Below are positions 10,285 through 19,943 of a DNA stretch of 64,000 nt, piece after piece. Made by a program: the position numbers and the translations under genes. The DNA lies in IMG/VR virus record IMGVR_UViG_3300046373_000136, positions 14,155 to 78,154 of that record. One strand, written 5' to 3'. The stretch comes from a virus. Every line of letters begins with the position of its first letter. Position 1 is the first letter of the stretch. The notes beneath the pieces are model-generated. The model made no database searches. It saw only the letters and a list, made by a program, of their open reading frames with translations, and had not been told where the DNA came from.

Positions 10285-10604
10285 TTGCGTGGGCCTTTGT
10301 AATAACGCCAGCATTGGGCTTCTTGTAAGTCCTTCAGAGCTGCTTCTGTTTTGGTCATCCACCACAGGTTTTCAGGAACATCCTTGCCACCACAGCGAAG
10401 GGCTTCCAGATGGTCCATGATCCATCCAGGACAAGCACCAGTGAACTTCTTGGTTGATGGGCAGGCGTTGTACTTCCTGAACTCCTTGGGAGCCGCAGTG
10501 CCGCGCAGCGTAGCTGCTCCGGCACAAGCGGCATGCCATGTAATGAAAATCACCACCCAGAGAGTGATGACTGTTCGAGCAATCCGGTAGACCACAGGGT
10601 TCAT
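10281..10604 (-). CDS. HNH-family nuclease with N-terminal signal peptide/TM
   Basis: Hydrophobic N-terminus ending AGA; CPST..GACPGWIMDH..L.CGG.D.PEN motif. Confidence 0.7.
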   Translation of the reverse strand: MNPVVYRIARTVITLWVVIFITWHAACAGAATLRGTAAPKEFRKYNACPSTKKFTGACPGWIMDHLEALRCGGKDVPENLWWMTKTEAALKDLQEAQCWRYYKGPRK

Positions 10605-11074
10605 GCTTCATGTACTCCTGAGGTGGTACCACCAGCCGTGATTGTGATCACCCGATTAGCCGACTTCACCTGACGACGAGTCGATACGTGAACCCATCCA
10701 GCAGCACCCTTCTCCGGGTACTCGTTGATGAGCTGGCCAATCTTCAGCTCGTCCACATAACGGGACAGTTCTTTGGCGATTTCGTATGGTGTGCCGAAGG
10801 CAGGAGCACGGAAGTCCACTGCACAGGCAACTGCATGATCCGAATTGGCAGCACCACCTACAGCCTTGTTCAGACGGGCAGAACGCCAGCCGGACGTGAT
10901 CGTGATAGGCACATCACGTCCCTTAATGGCTGACAGATGGTCCCGAATCCACTGCATCATTTCCAGGGTATTCAGGGCTGTATCTTCCAGTTGATCCGGC
11001 AACGAGTTATCGATGCCCATGGATTTGGCGGTAGTAGAAGTGACAAATTCAGACAGAGAAAAATTACGCAGCAT
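10601..11074 (-). CDS. Endolysin, peptidase M15A (D-Ala-D-Ala carboxypeptidase family)
   Basis: NFSLSEF..S.TA...GIDN, ITSGWRS..LNKAVGG..NSDH..AVD, WVHVS; start 11074 or 11077 after GGAG. Confidence 0.88.
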   Translation of the reverse strand: MLRNFSLSEFVTSTTAKSMGIDNSLPDQLEDTALNTLEMMQWIRDHLSAIKGRDVPITITSGWRSARLNKAVGGAANSDHAVACAVDFRAPAFGTPYEIAKELSRYVDELKIGQLINEYPEKGAAGWVHVSTRRQVKSANRVITITAGGTTSGVHEA

Positions 11075-11459
11075 CATCGCTCCCTTTAATGAAGGCGGCT
11101 TCTTCCGCATCTTCAGCAAGCTGTTGCTTCTTGATGCGTGGTTGTTCATTGATCGTGTGCTTGAATAGCACGTACAGCGTCTTGTAGAACTCCGCACCAA
11201 ACACCAATGTCAAGCCAAGCTGCGATAGCACTGGGATAGGGATATCCCCGAACTTGACCATCAAGTAAAACCACCAGCCACCTGTCAGGAAGTAGCCGGT
11301 GATCTTGATGCGCCGCATTGCTTCACCGATAAAGGTCTCCGGAATATCCGGGGTGCGAAGGATGGCGAAATGAGTGAAACCGCACAACAGGATGATGGCG
11401 GTCAGGAACCAATCAGCGACCAGGTTCGTGATCAGCATGAGTGAGTAAGGAGATGTCAT
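11064..11459 (-). CDS. Membrane protein (holin/antiholin candidate)
   Basis: Three predicted TM segments; adjacent to endolysin. Confidence 0.55.
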   Translation of the reverse strand: MTSPYSLMLITNLVADWFLTAIILLCGFTHFAILRTPDIPETFIGEAMRRIKITGYFLTGGWWFYLMVKFGDIPIPVLSQLGLTLVFGAEFYKTLYVLFKHTINEQPRIKKQQLAEDAEEAAFIKGSDDAA

Positions 11460-11845
11460 TTATTAGGTTCCAAGTCGTCTTTAGCCGGAGGTGGCTGAAC
11501 TTGTGCTGACTGCCCACGGTATGCGGCCAGCAGACGGGAGAGAAATCCCAGAGGGTCTTTACCAATCAAGGCACCCAGGCTCAGTAAGCCGAGCAGGATG
11601 TCATCAGCGATGAATGCACAGACACCGACGATGACGCCTTTGGTGGTCACCGTTAGGCCAGCATCGGTGATGCCCCAGGACACCAGGATGGCAACGAATA
11701 CGGACGCGACAACACCACGGAAAAAGGCTCCGAAGGAGCCATGTTTCTGTTGGATGATGCCGCGTGCGATGCCTACGAATAGGCCCAGGATTCCCGAGAC
11801 ATAAACGTAAGCAAGCAGAGTGTTCCAGTCGTCTTTCTCATGCAT
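11456..11845 (-). CDS. Holin
   Basis: Three or more TM segments, hydrophilic C-tail, lysis context. Confidence 0.6.
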   Translation of the reverse strand: MHEKDDWNTLLAYVYVSGILGLFVGIARGIIQQKHGSFGAFFRGVVASVFVAILVSWGITDAGLTVTTKGVIVGVCAFIADDILLGLLSLGALIGKDPLGFLSRLLAAYRGQSAQVQPPPAKDDLEPNK

Positions 11846-12276
11846 TAGAGGCTCGCAGTTTTGGCTTCGAGCGCAGCGATCCGAGGTAGCAGAACGGTGG
11901 TGAGCTGGTTGTAAGCAGCCAGCACAGCGACCTTGGCATCGATCAGCGCAGCCAGTGATGCGTCGTTCTTCAGACGCAGATGGGTACCCAGATCAACGAA
12001 CAGGACTTCCGCTGCCAATGGCAGGGTTGATGCAGGAACGAAGAATTTGAATGCCACGGGATAGTCATCACCTTTGTGGCTCTTGGTGATGAAATACGGG
12101 TTCACGGTAGCGATCAGGACCACGGAGGCTTCACCATTGCTATCAGTGACGAACTCCACAGGCTTGGGCTGCTCACCTTGAACGACAGAATCCTGGTAAC
12201 CGGGTTCGATACGGAACCACGTACCAGTGATGGGCACACCTTCAGGGGTGCGCAATTTGAATTGCACGGTAGTCAT
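11845..12276 (-). CDS. Putative tail-fibre anchor/adaptor protein
   Basis: V.F.L.TPEG.P...F...FVTD.NGEA.V.L, typical of fibre N-terminal attachment domains; C-terminal coiled coil. Confidence 0.45.
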   Translation of the reverse strand: MTTVQFKLRTPEGVPITGTWFRIEPGYQDSVVQGEQPKPVEFVTDSNGEASVVLIATVNPYFITKSHKGDDYPVAFKFFVPASTLPLAAEVLFVDLGTHLRLKNDASLAALIDAKVAVLAAYNQLTTVLLPRIAALEAKTASL

Positions 12277-12407
12277 TTAACGGGCCTCGCCAGTAATTAG
12301 TAGTTAATGGCATGCAGTAACCACCAAGGTGGAATGGCTGTATTGGCCCGTTATTGCGCTATCGTATCATTACTTTTATCAATATTTATCCCTAGAAAGG
12401 AATTTGT

Positions 12408-13145
12408 ATGCAAGCAACTTACGTAAACCACTACCTCACTGATCGAGATATTGCTAATTTTGCAAGACAATCGTTCGCCACTGTTGCTGATCAGTTCACC
12501 GAACAGCAGAACAACAACCTGATTCGTTTCCTGGCCCGAGGCATGACATCGGGTGATTGGGAAAAGACGATTGGGCAGATGCATACCCTTCCAAGTGAAA
12601 AGGCTGCTCACAATCTGGCGGTATACATGCGGTCTATCCCTGAACACTGGGTACCGTTCGGTCATCCACAGATCACCTTGCGCATGAAAGCCCCTGTACC
12701 AATTCGGACACAGTGCTTCAAGCACAAGATCGGCTTCGTGGAGTCGGAGGAATCCCGCCGCTACATCAAGTCAACGCCGGAGCTATATATCCCCGATGCC
12801 TTCCGCTCCGCTGCGGCATCGGTGAAACAAGGATCAGGGGATGAACACCCACACAGTGAAGGTTGGAAAACCCTATATATCGCTATGTGTGAATCAGCTA
12901 TTGGCGTCTATGGAGACATGTTGGCTGATGGTGTTTGCCCAGAACAGGCACGTTTCGTCCTTCCGCAAGGTACCGAAGTCAACTGGGTGTGGACAGGCTC
13001 CTTGTACGCATTTGCACAGGCATACAACAAGCGTTCGGATTCCCATGCTCAAAAGGAAGTTCAGGGTTTGTTTGCGGAAATAGACGCTATAATTTCTCCC
13101 CTGTATCCGGTTGCCTGGGCAGCATTAACCCGAGGCGAATACTAA
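12408..13145 (+). CDS. thyX: FAD-dependent thymidylate synthase
   Basis: HWVPFGH, APVPIRTQCFKH..ESEESRRY, PEQARFVLP, HAQKE. Confidence 0.92.
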   Translation: MQATYVNHYLTDRDIANFARQSFATVADQFTEQQNNNLIRFLARGMTSGDWEKTIGQMHTLPSEKAAHNLAVYMRSIPEHWVPFGHPQITLRMKAPVPIRTQCFKHKIGFVESEESRRYIKSTPELYIPDAFRSAAASVKQGSGDEHPHSEGWKTLYIAMCESAIGVYGDMLADGVCPEQARFVLPQGTEVNWVWTGSLYAFAQAYNKRSDSHAQKEVQGLFAEIDAIISPLYPVAWAALTRGEY

Positions 13146-13268
13146 GAAGAACGAGGCACCCTCCGGGTGCTTTAGCGAAGCAATACCCCTGTTGTATATC
13201 GTGAGCCAGTTCTTTCGTTGTTCCTGGGAAAGACTGGCTTTTTTGCCCCCAGGAAATGAAAGATAAGA

Positions 13269-15212
13269 ATGACATCACCCTCAGTCGCCCTTCCCACACC
13301 CCTCCAAGAGTATGTCCACAAGAGCCGGTACGCACGCTGGATTGACAGCAAGCAACGCCGTGAAAACTGGGATGAAACCGTCGCCCGGTATGTTGACTAC
13401 TTCACAAGCAAGTTCCCCGGCTATCCCCGTCAGCGCATCTATGACAGCATCGTCAGTCTCAAGACGATGCCGTCTATGCGTGCACTGATGACCGCTGGTC
13501 CAGCACTCGAACGTGATCCGATGGCAGGCTTCAACTGCGCCTTTGTTGCTATCGATGATGTCCGGGCCTTCGATGAAATCCTGTACGTTTTGATGTGCGG
13601 CACAGGCATGGGCTTCTCCGTTGAACGTCAGTTCATCGCCAAGTTGCCCATCATCGGAGCCAAGCCGGTCATGGATGCTGATGGCCTCATGTCCATCGCT
13701 ACCATTGATGAGCTGACCCCGGTCAGCACCGTCATTCAGGTACGTGACTCCAAAGGTGGATGGGCCGATGCCTTCCGCAAACTGATCCAGTCCCTCTATG
13801 CGGGGAAGATCCCAACCTGGGATATGTCCAAGATCAGGAAAGCCGGCGAGAAGCTGAAAGTCTTCGGTGGCCGTGCCAGTGGTCCTCAACCACTGATCGA
13901 CCTGTTCCAGTTCACCGTGGACACGTTTAAAGGTGCTGTGGGCAGGAAGCTCAACAGCGTGGAGTGTCACGATCTGGTTTGCAAGATCGCTGACATCGTA
14001 GTCGTCGGTGGTGTGCGCCGCTCAGCACTAATAAGTCTGTCGAACCTGTCAGATGATCGCATGCGTGGAGCCAAGACCGGACAGTGGTGGATCGACAATC
14101 CGCAACGTGGCCTGGCCAATAACTCCGCAGCCTACACTGAGCGTCCATCAGCCGAACTGTTCATGAAAGAATGGCTCAGCCTGGTGGAATCGAAGTCGGG
14201 TGAACGCGGAATCTTCAATCGCCAAGCAGCAATACGCAAGGCACTCGAAGGTGGACGCCGTGATGCTACCCAGCTCGTCGGCACCAACCCGTGTGCAGAA
14301 ATTACCCTGCGCTCTGCTGGCCTGTGCAACCTGTCTGAAGTTGTCGTTCGTGCTGGTGACACACTGGAAGACCTGATGGACAAGATTGAAGTGGCTGTCA
14401 TCACTGGTACCTACCAGTCGATGCTGACCAACTTCCGTCATGTACGTGCCATCTGGAAGAACAACCAGGAAGAAGAACGCCTTCTGGGTGTATCCCTGAC
14501 CGGCATCATGGACCATGAAGTCCTGTCCATCACAGGACTGGAAGCAGCTTCCTGGCTCCAAAGCCTGAAGCGCCATGCCATTGAAGTCAACAAGGTCTGG
14601 GCTGACAAGCTGGGCATCAACCAATCGGTTGCAGTTACCACGGTGAAGCCATCCGGTACCGTATCCCAACTGGTCGATTCGGCCTCCGGCATCCACCCAC
14701 GGTATTCGGAGTTCTATATCCGGACTGTGCGTGCAGACAAGAAAGACCCGCTGGCTCAGCTCATGCGTAGTCAAGGCTTCCCCGTCGAAGACTGCGTGAC
14801 CAAACCTGATACCACGGACATCTTCAGCTTCCCAGTGCAAGGTCCAGCACATGCGGTGTTCCGCAATGACCGGACTGCCATCGAACAGCTCGAACATTAC
14901 CTGATGGTGCTGGACAATTTTGTCGAGCACAATGTCTCCATCACGGTGTATGTGAAAGATGAAGAATGGCTGGAAGTCGGTGCGTGGGTGTACAAGCACT
15001 TCGACAAGCTGGCCGGTGTTTCTTTCCTGCCGCACAGCGATCACAGCTATCGCCAAGCACCCTACACCGAATGCGACAAGGCAACCTATGAAGCCCTGCT
15101 GGCAAAGATGCCTGTAATGGACTGGGAAGCCCTGGCCAACTTCGAGAAGGATGATGCGACAGTTAATACGAAAGAGCTGGCTTGCTCTGGCGGCGTCTGC
15201 GAGATTCTGTAA
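13269..15212 (+). CDS. nrdJ: Class II (adenosylcobalamin) ribonucleotide reductase
   Basis: PSMRALM, FNCAF, GGVRRSA, TNPCAEI, LCNL, VKPSGTVS, C-terminal CSGGVCE. Confidence 0.93.
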   Translation: MTSPSVALPTPLQEYVHKSRYARWIDSKQRRENWDETVARYVDYFTSKFPGYPRQRIYDSIVSLKTMPSMRALMTAGPALERDPMAGFNCAFVAIDDVRAFDEILYVLMCGTGMGFSVERQFIAKLPIIGAKPVMDADGLMSIATIDELTPVSTVIQVRDSKGGWADAFRKLIQSLYAGKIPTWDMSKIRKAGEKLKVFGGRASGPQPLIDLFQFTVDTFKGAVGRKLNSVECHDLVCKIADIVVVGGVRRSALISLSNLSDDRMRGAKTGQWWIDNPQRGLANNSAAYTERPSAELFMKEWLSLVESKSGERGIFNRQAAIRKALEGGRRDATQLVGTNPCAEITLRSAGLCNLSEVVVRAGDTLEDLMDKIEVAVITGTYQSMLTNFRHVRAIWKNNQEEERLLGVSLTGIMDHEVLSITGLEAASWLQSLKRHAIEVNKVWADKLGINQSVAVTTVKPSGTVSQLVDSASGIHPRYSEFYIRTVRADKKDPLAQLMRSQGFPVEDCVTKPDTTDIFSFPVQGPAHAVFRNDRTAIEQLEHYLMVLDNFVEHNVSITVYVKDEEWLEVGAWVYKHFDKLAGVSFLPHSDHSYRQAPYTECDKATYEALLAKMPVMDWEALANFEKDDATVNTKELACSGGVCEIL

Positions 15213-15231
15213 GCAGGTATTTTCACTTCAC

Positions 15232-15256
15232 AGGCGCCCTCCGGGGCGCTTTTTTA
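15232..15256 (+). terminator. Intrinsic terminator after nrdJ
   Basis: GCGCCC-TCCG-GGGCGC followed by a T run. Confidence 0.7.
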
Positions 15257-15270
15257 CCCTTGGAGATCAC

Positions 15271-15756
15271 ATGCATCAATGTAATCATCGTGGCTGTATT
15301 GATCAGGCGATCAAAGGCAGTCCTTATTGTGCTGGCCATGCATCAGCACAAGAAAAACGTGAGCTGGAAGCTGTTGTTGGTAAAGGTCCACATCCTGAAA
15401 ATACTAATAGTGGATGGGTCAGTCCTGAAGCGGTTGCCGCATTTAATAAGCAAACACAGAGCACCTGTATCGTCATGACTGAGCCAAAGAAAGAATCCTC
15501 CGGTGGTGACAACGACTACTGGGTAGCCAATATCACTGAACCGAAACGCCTTGCTCCCTACAAGGCCGAAGCCGAAGACCTGATTGAACTGTTCCAGTTC
15601 AGCTTTGCAGAAGGCAATGCATTCAAAGCACTCTGGCGTATGGGCATGGATCGTGTCGCTACGGGCAAGCCCGGCGACACTCCCCTGCGCAATGCCGAGA
15701 AGGTGGCCTACTACGGTAGCCGCATGGTTAAAGCAGAACAAAAGAAACTGAAGTAA
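15271..15756 (+). CDS. DUF3310-like protein with N-terminal Cys/His knuckle
   Basis: FAEGNAFKALWR..K....AEKVAYY motif; start at ATG 15271 after GGAG. Confidence 0.6.
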   Translation: MHQCNHRGCIDQAIKGSPYCAGHASAQEKRELEAVVGKGPHPENTNSGWVSPEAVAAFNKQTQSTCIVMTEPKKESSGGDNDYWVANITEPKRLAPYKAEAEDLIELFQFSFAEGNAFKALWRMGMDRVATGKPGDTPLRNAEKVAYYGSRMVKAEQKKLK

Positions 15757-15807
15757 TCCCCAGGGAGCCTCCGGCTCCTTCTCCGAATATCTCATTAAGG
15801 AATCCCC

Positions 15808-16794
15808 ATGACTGCTCGCTATTCCAACGTATCCGATGTGCCTCTGGCCATGGGTGTATTTCTCGCCACTGACACGTACGATCATGATGAACGTCCGTTC
15901 GTGATCAGTGCTACCAGCCTGATGAAACCACTGCGTCAGATCATCCTGCCGACACGCATTCCACCAGGACTGGCCTTGCCGAAACTGGCAGACCAGATCA
16001 GGACACAGATCGGCCGATCCGTTCACGATGCCATTGAACGTGCATGGCTGTACAACTATGCTCAGGCTATGACTGACATGGGTTATCCAGATCACGTCAT
16101 AGCACGGGTCAGGCTCAACCCGACAGCAAAAGAATTAGACGATTGCCCAGACTGCATCCCCGTCTACGTGGAACAGCGTGCCGAGAAGAAGGTAGGCAAG
16201 TGGATCGTCACAGGCAAGTACGACATCATCGCTGATGGTCGTGTGCAGGATTATAAGACCGCTTCCATCTGGTCCTACATGAACCAGGTGAACAAAGAGA
16301 AGCAGGCCCAACAGGGCAGCATCTACAAGTGGCTCAACCCCGATATCGTCTATGACGATCAGATCGACATTCACCATATCTTCCTGGATTGGTCAGCGGC
16401 CAAGACCAGTGATGTGAACTACCCACAGCGTGCCTTCATCATGCAAAGCATCGACCTGATGAGCGTGAACCAGACAGACCAGTTCGTCAAACGCAAGCTC
16501 GCCTTGCTGGAACGTTACTGGGATGCAGATGAAGCAAGCATCCCCGTCTGCACGGATGAAGAACTCTGGCGTTCGGACCCGGTGTTCAAGTACTACGGCA
16601 ACGACACCAACGTCAAAGCCTCCAAGAATTTCAGTGACAAGTCCGAGGCGTACACCTACGTCGCAGACAAGGGCAAGGGCCACATCAAGGAAGTCCCTGG
16701 CACTGTCACCGCCTGCAAATACTGCAATGCCTTCCAGGCTTGCTCCCAGAAAGATGCCCTGATTGCAGGTGGCTTTCTCACATTCACCAGATAA
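15808..16794 (+). CDS. PD-(D/E)XK Cas4-like exonuclease (N4 gp42-like)
   Basis: GRSVH, TGKYD..DYKT, C-terminal CKYC...C; synteny before primase. Confidence 0.8.
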   Translation: MTARYSNVSDVPLAMGVFLATDTYDHDERPFVISATSLMKPLRQIILPTRIPPGLALPKLADQIRTQIGRSVHDAIERAWLYNYAQAMTDMGYPDHVIARVRLNPTAKELDDCPDCIPVYVEQRAEKKVGKWIVTGKYDIIADGRVQDYKTASIWSYMNQVNKEKQAQQGSIYKWLNPDIVYDDQIDIHHIFLDWSAAKTSDVNYPQRAFIMQSIDLMSVNQTDQFVKRKLALLERYWDADEASIPVCTDEELWRSDPVFKYYGNDTNVKASKNFSDKSEAYTYVADKGKGHIKEVPGTVTACKYCNAFQACSQKDALIAGGFLTFTR

Positions 16795-16802
16795 GGAACC
16801 CC

Positions 16803-18977
16803 ATGAAACCCTACGAGGAAATGGAATACAACGAGTCATCCGAAGAATTGGTGCAGATTCTCTGCGCCAAGACTCAGAACAGCAACCCGCTGTTCTTCCG
16901 CATCCTGGTCGGCTACTACTTCAGCATGATGGCCTCCATGATGCGTTGTAAGATCGCTACCCATGACACCGGAGATATCCCGGTCAACATGTATGCCCTG
17001 AACCTGTCACCTTCCGGTACCGGTAAAGGCAAGTCCACCAACATCATTGAAGGCACCGTCCTGAAAGCTTTCAGGACACGCTTTCTGGAAGAAACCTTCC
17101 CACTGCTGGCCAAGCAAAATCTGCCAGTGCTGGCGACTCGTCGTGCAGCCAAGAAGAATATCGATCCCGATGCCGAGCTGGAACGAGTCGAGAAGGAATT
17201 CGAAGGCTTGGGCGAGCTGTTGTTTAGCTTCAGCGAAGCCACCAGCCCAGCAATCAAGCAGGCCCGTGACAAGCTGCTCATGGCCGATGCAGGTTCCCTG
17301 AACTTGCAGATCGATGAGATTGGTTCCAATCTCTCAGGTGCTATTGAAGCCCTGAACACCTACCTTGAACTGTATGACGTGGGTCTGGTGAAGCGCAAGC
17401 TGACCAAGAACACGGCCGACAGCAAGCGTGGTGAAGAAATCATCGGCATGACACCAGCGAACCTGCTGATGTTCGGTACCCCAAGCAAGCTGCTGGACGG
17501 TGGCAAGAACGAGGAAGAATTTTATTCCCTGCTCGATACCGGTTATGCACGACGCTGCATCATCGGCTATACCCGTGAATCGAACAAGCTCCTGGACCTC
17601 ACTCCCGAGGAAATCTATGAGCTGACCGCGAGCACCGACACCGACCTGCTGCTGGAAGACATGGGCAAGCGGTTCGAAAACCTGGCTGACATCCAAGGCG
17701 TCAACAAGAAGCTGATCATCCAACGGGATACGGTCATCACCATGATCGCGTACCGTCAGGCGTGCGAACGGCAAGCGTCAGCGTTGCCGGAGCACGATGA
17801 GATCAAGAAGACTGAAATGGCACACCGCTATTTCAAAGCACTCAAGCTGGCGGGTGCCTATGCCTTCATTGACGACTCACCCGAGTTGACCGAGGACCAT
17901 CTGTACCAGGCCATTAAAGTGGTCGAAGACAGTGGCGAAGCATTCGGCCGACTGCTATCCCGTGATCGTCCTTACGTCAAGCTGGCCAAGTATCTGGCTG
18001 AGATTGGCAAGGAAGTCACACAAGCTGACCTGACGCAAGACCTCCCGTTCTACCGTGGTGCTGTCGCCATGAAACAGGAAATGATCAGCTTGGCGATTGC
18101 CTGGGCTTACAAGCACAACATCATCATCAAGAAAGCCTTCAGCGATGGGATCGAGTTCTTGCGTGGGGAAGCATTGCAACCCACACAGACGGATGAGTTG
18201 ATCATCAGCTACAGCGAAGACATGACCGAAGGCTACGAGAACGGCACCGCTGCGTTCGAGGAACTGGGTCCGAACCTGATGGTGCTGCCCGATATGCATT
18301 GGGTCTCACATCATCTGGCCGGCGGTTATCGCAATGAGGATAACTGTCTCCCTGGCTTCAACATGATCGTGCTGGACGTAGATGGTGGCACCAAAATAGA
18401 CGTGGTGCGTCAAGTGCTTAAGCCGTACAAGTACCTGCTGTACACCACCAAGCGGCACACGGATGCAGAGCATCGCTTCCGGGTCATCATGCCGATGAGT
18501 TACACGCTGAAAATGGATTCCAAGGAATACAAGGAATTCATGAGCAACGTGTGTGAATGGCTTCCCTTTGATTCTGATGAAGAAGCCTATCAACGTGGCC
18601 GCAAGTGGCTCACCAATGATGTCGCCGGGCAACCTGATGGTGTGGCTGAGTACAACGACAACCCGGATGCCGTGTTGTTCGATGTGCTGCCATTCATCCC
18701 GAAGACCAGCAAGAACGAAGACCGCAAGGACTTAATTAAGTCCCAACAGTCGATGGACAAGCTGGAACGCTGGGTAATGAACAACATCGGTGACGGCAAT
18801 CGTAATAACATGCTGCTCCGTTACGGCATGATGCTGGTCGATTCCGGTCTTGACCTGAGTTCAGTCCAGCAAAAGATCGTGGCATTAAACGAGAAGATCA
18901 GGGACAAGCTCAGTGAAATTGAGCTGGCCTCCACCATCTTTATCAGTGTCGCCAAAGCAATAGCCAAGCGGCCATAA
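16803..18977 (+). CDS. DNA primase (N4 gp43-like)
   Basis: SPSGTGKG, DEIG, LDVDGG, HRFRV, GNRNN (PriCT-like). Confidence 0.88.
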   Translation: MKPYEEMEYNESSEELVQILCAKTQNSNPLFFRILVGYYFSMMASMMRCKIATHDTGDIPVNMYALNLSPSGTGKGKSTNIIEGTVLKAFRTRFLEETFPLLAKQNLPVLATRRAAKKNIDPDAELERVEKEFEGLGELLFSFSEATSPAIKQARDKLLMADAGSLNLQIDEIGSNLSGAIEALNTYLELYDVGLVKRKLTKNTADSKRGEEIIGMTPANLLMFGTPSKLLDGGKNEEEFYSLLDTGYARRCIIGYTRESNKLLDLTPEEIYELTASTDTDLLLEDMGKRFENLADIQGVNKKLIIQRDTVITMIAYRQACERQASALPEHDEIKKTEMAHRYFKALKLAGAYAFIDDSPELTEDHLYQAIKVVEDSGEAFGRLLSRDRPYVKLAKYLAEIGKEVTQADLTQDLPFYRGAVAMKQEMISLAIAWAYKHNIIIKKAFSDGIEFLRGEALQPTQTDELIISYSEDMTEGYENGTAAFEELGPNLMVLPDMHWVSHHLAGGYRNEDNCLPGFNMIVLDVDGGTKIDVVRQVLKPYKYLLYTTKRHTDAEHRFRVIMPMSYTLKMDSKEYKEFMSNVCEWLPFDSDEEAYQRGRKWLTNDVAGQPDGVAEYNDNPDAVLFDVLPFIPKTSKNEDRKDLIKSQQSMDKLERWVMNNIGDGNRNNMLLRYGMMLVDSGLDLSSVQQKIVALNEKIRDKLSEIELASTIFISVAKAIAKRP

Positions 18978-19019
18978 CCACAGGGGGCTACGGCCCCCTC
19001 TCCTTTCTCCGAGGAAATA

Positions 19020-19862
19020 ATGGAAGACTTCTCCCAAGAATTTACGCAAGGCAAGATCAAGGATGCAATGAAACTAGCGAATGCTGGTTCCAGTGATCTG
19101 TGGATGGTTCCACCCCATCAAATTTGCATCAAGGATGGATTCAACATCCGGACACGCAACCAAGCCTACGAGGACAAGGTTCTCTGGCTCATGGAGCAGA
19201 TCAGCGTCAACGGCTTCGACCGTACCAAGCCGATCCCTGGTTTCGTGGCACTCGAAGACGGCAACAATGTCATCTACGCCATTGGCGGTCACAGACGCAT
19301 GGAAGCGGTCCAGAGGCTCATCGAAGATGGGATGGAGATCGATGCTATACCCATGGTCATGAAACCCCGTGGCACCTCCATGGAAGACCTCACAGTCGAT
19401 CTGTACACGGACAACGAAAGTGATCCGGTGGACATGCTAGGCCAGGCTACTGCCGCCAAGCGCATGATCGGCTTCGGCACACCTGAGAAACGGATTGCCG
19501 AGCGCATGGGATGGTCACTTGAAAAGGTGAATGATTTACTCTCGCTGGCCTCCGCACCTTCGGCGCTACGCCAGCTCGTAGCCGAGGAAAAGGTAGCCGC
19601 AACTGTAGCTATCGACACCATCAAGAAGCATGGTGACAAGGCACTGGACAAGCTGCATGCAGCGTTGGCCAAGTCCAATGGCAAGGTGACTGCCAAGCAC
19701 CTGGATACACCTGAAATTCTGTTCAAGAAGTATGTCAAGAAGCAGGCCCCTGTTCTGTTCAACACCTTGATTAAGGTACAGGCTGATCCTGGCTTCCAAC
19801 ATCTGTCAGAAGAAATGCAGATATTGGTTCTGGACTTGGTACACAACGTCAAGCAGAAGTAG
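19020..19862 (+). CDS. ParB/Srx-family protein
   Basis: GFNIR, GGHRRMEA motif; HTH-like EKRIAERMGWSLEKV. Confidence 0.75.
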   Translation: MEDFSQEFTQGKIKDAMKLANAGSSDLWMVPPHQICIKDGFNIRTRNQAYEDKVLWLMEQISVNGFDRTKPIPGFVALEDGNNVIYAIGGHRRMEAVQRLIEDGMEIDAIPMVMKPRGTSMEDLTVDLYTDNESDPVDMLGQATAAKRMIGFGTPEKRIAERMGWSLEKVNDLLSLASAPSALRQLVAEEKVAATVAIDTIKKHGDKALDKLHAALAKSNGKVTAKHLDTPEILFKKYVKKQAPVLFNTLIKVQADPGFQHLSEEMQILVLDLVHNVKQK

Positions 19863-19866
19863 ATGA

Positions 19867-19889
19867 ACAGGGACGCTCCGCGTCCTTGT
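19867..19889 (+). promoter_or_regulatory. Putative vRNAP-type hairpin element
   Basis: GGACGC-TCC-GCGTCC triloop hairpin (template GCGGAGC, as in N4 promoters). Confidence 0.5.
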
Positions 19890-19943
19890 GCGAAAAATAT
19901 AGGGACCATTCGGTCCAAACCCGAGAAGAAGGAAACTGAACCA

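Noticed and set aside
13146-13268. Cobalamin riboswitch or NrdR box before nrdJ
   Set aside because: Too short, no B12 box; NrdR-like match is weak
13269-15212. Intein or intron in RNR (also checked terminase and primase)
   Set aside because: Normal lengths, no splice motifs
15151-15270. Extended ORF starts in the track (15151, 16740, 19863, 22332, 23287, 61147, 11200)
   Set aside because: They overlap upstream genes or terminators; downstream starts have better RBS or coupling
15808-16794. CRISPR-Cas system implied by the Cas4-like gene
   Set aside because: Core N4-like exonuclease; no repeat-spacer array or other cas genes seen
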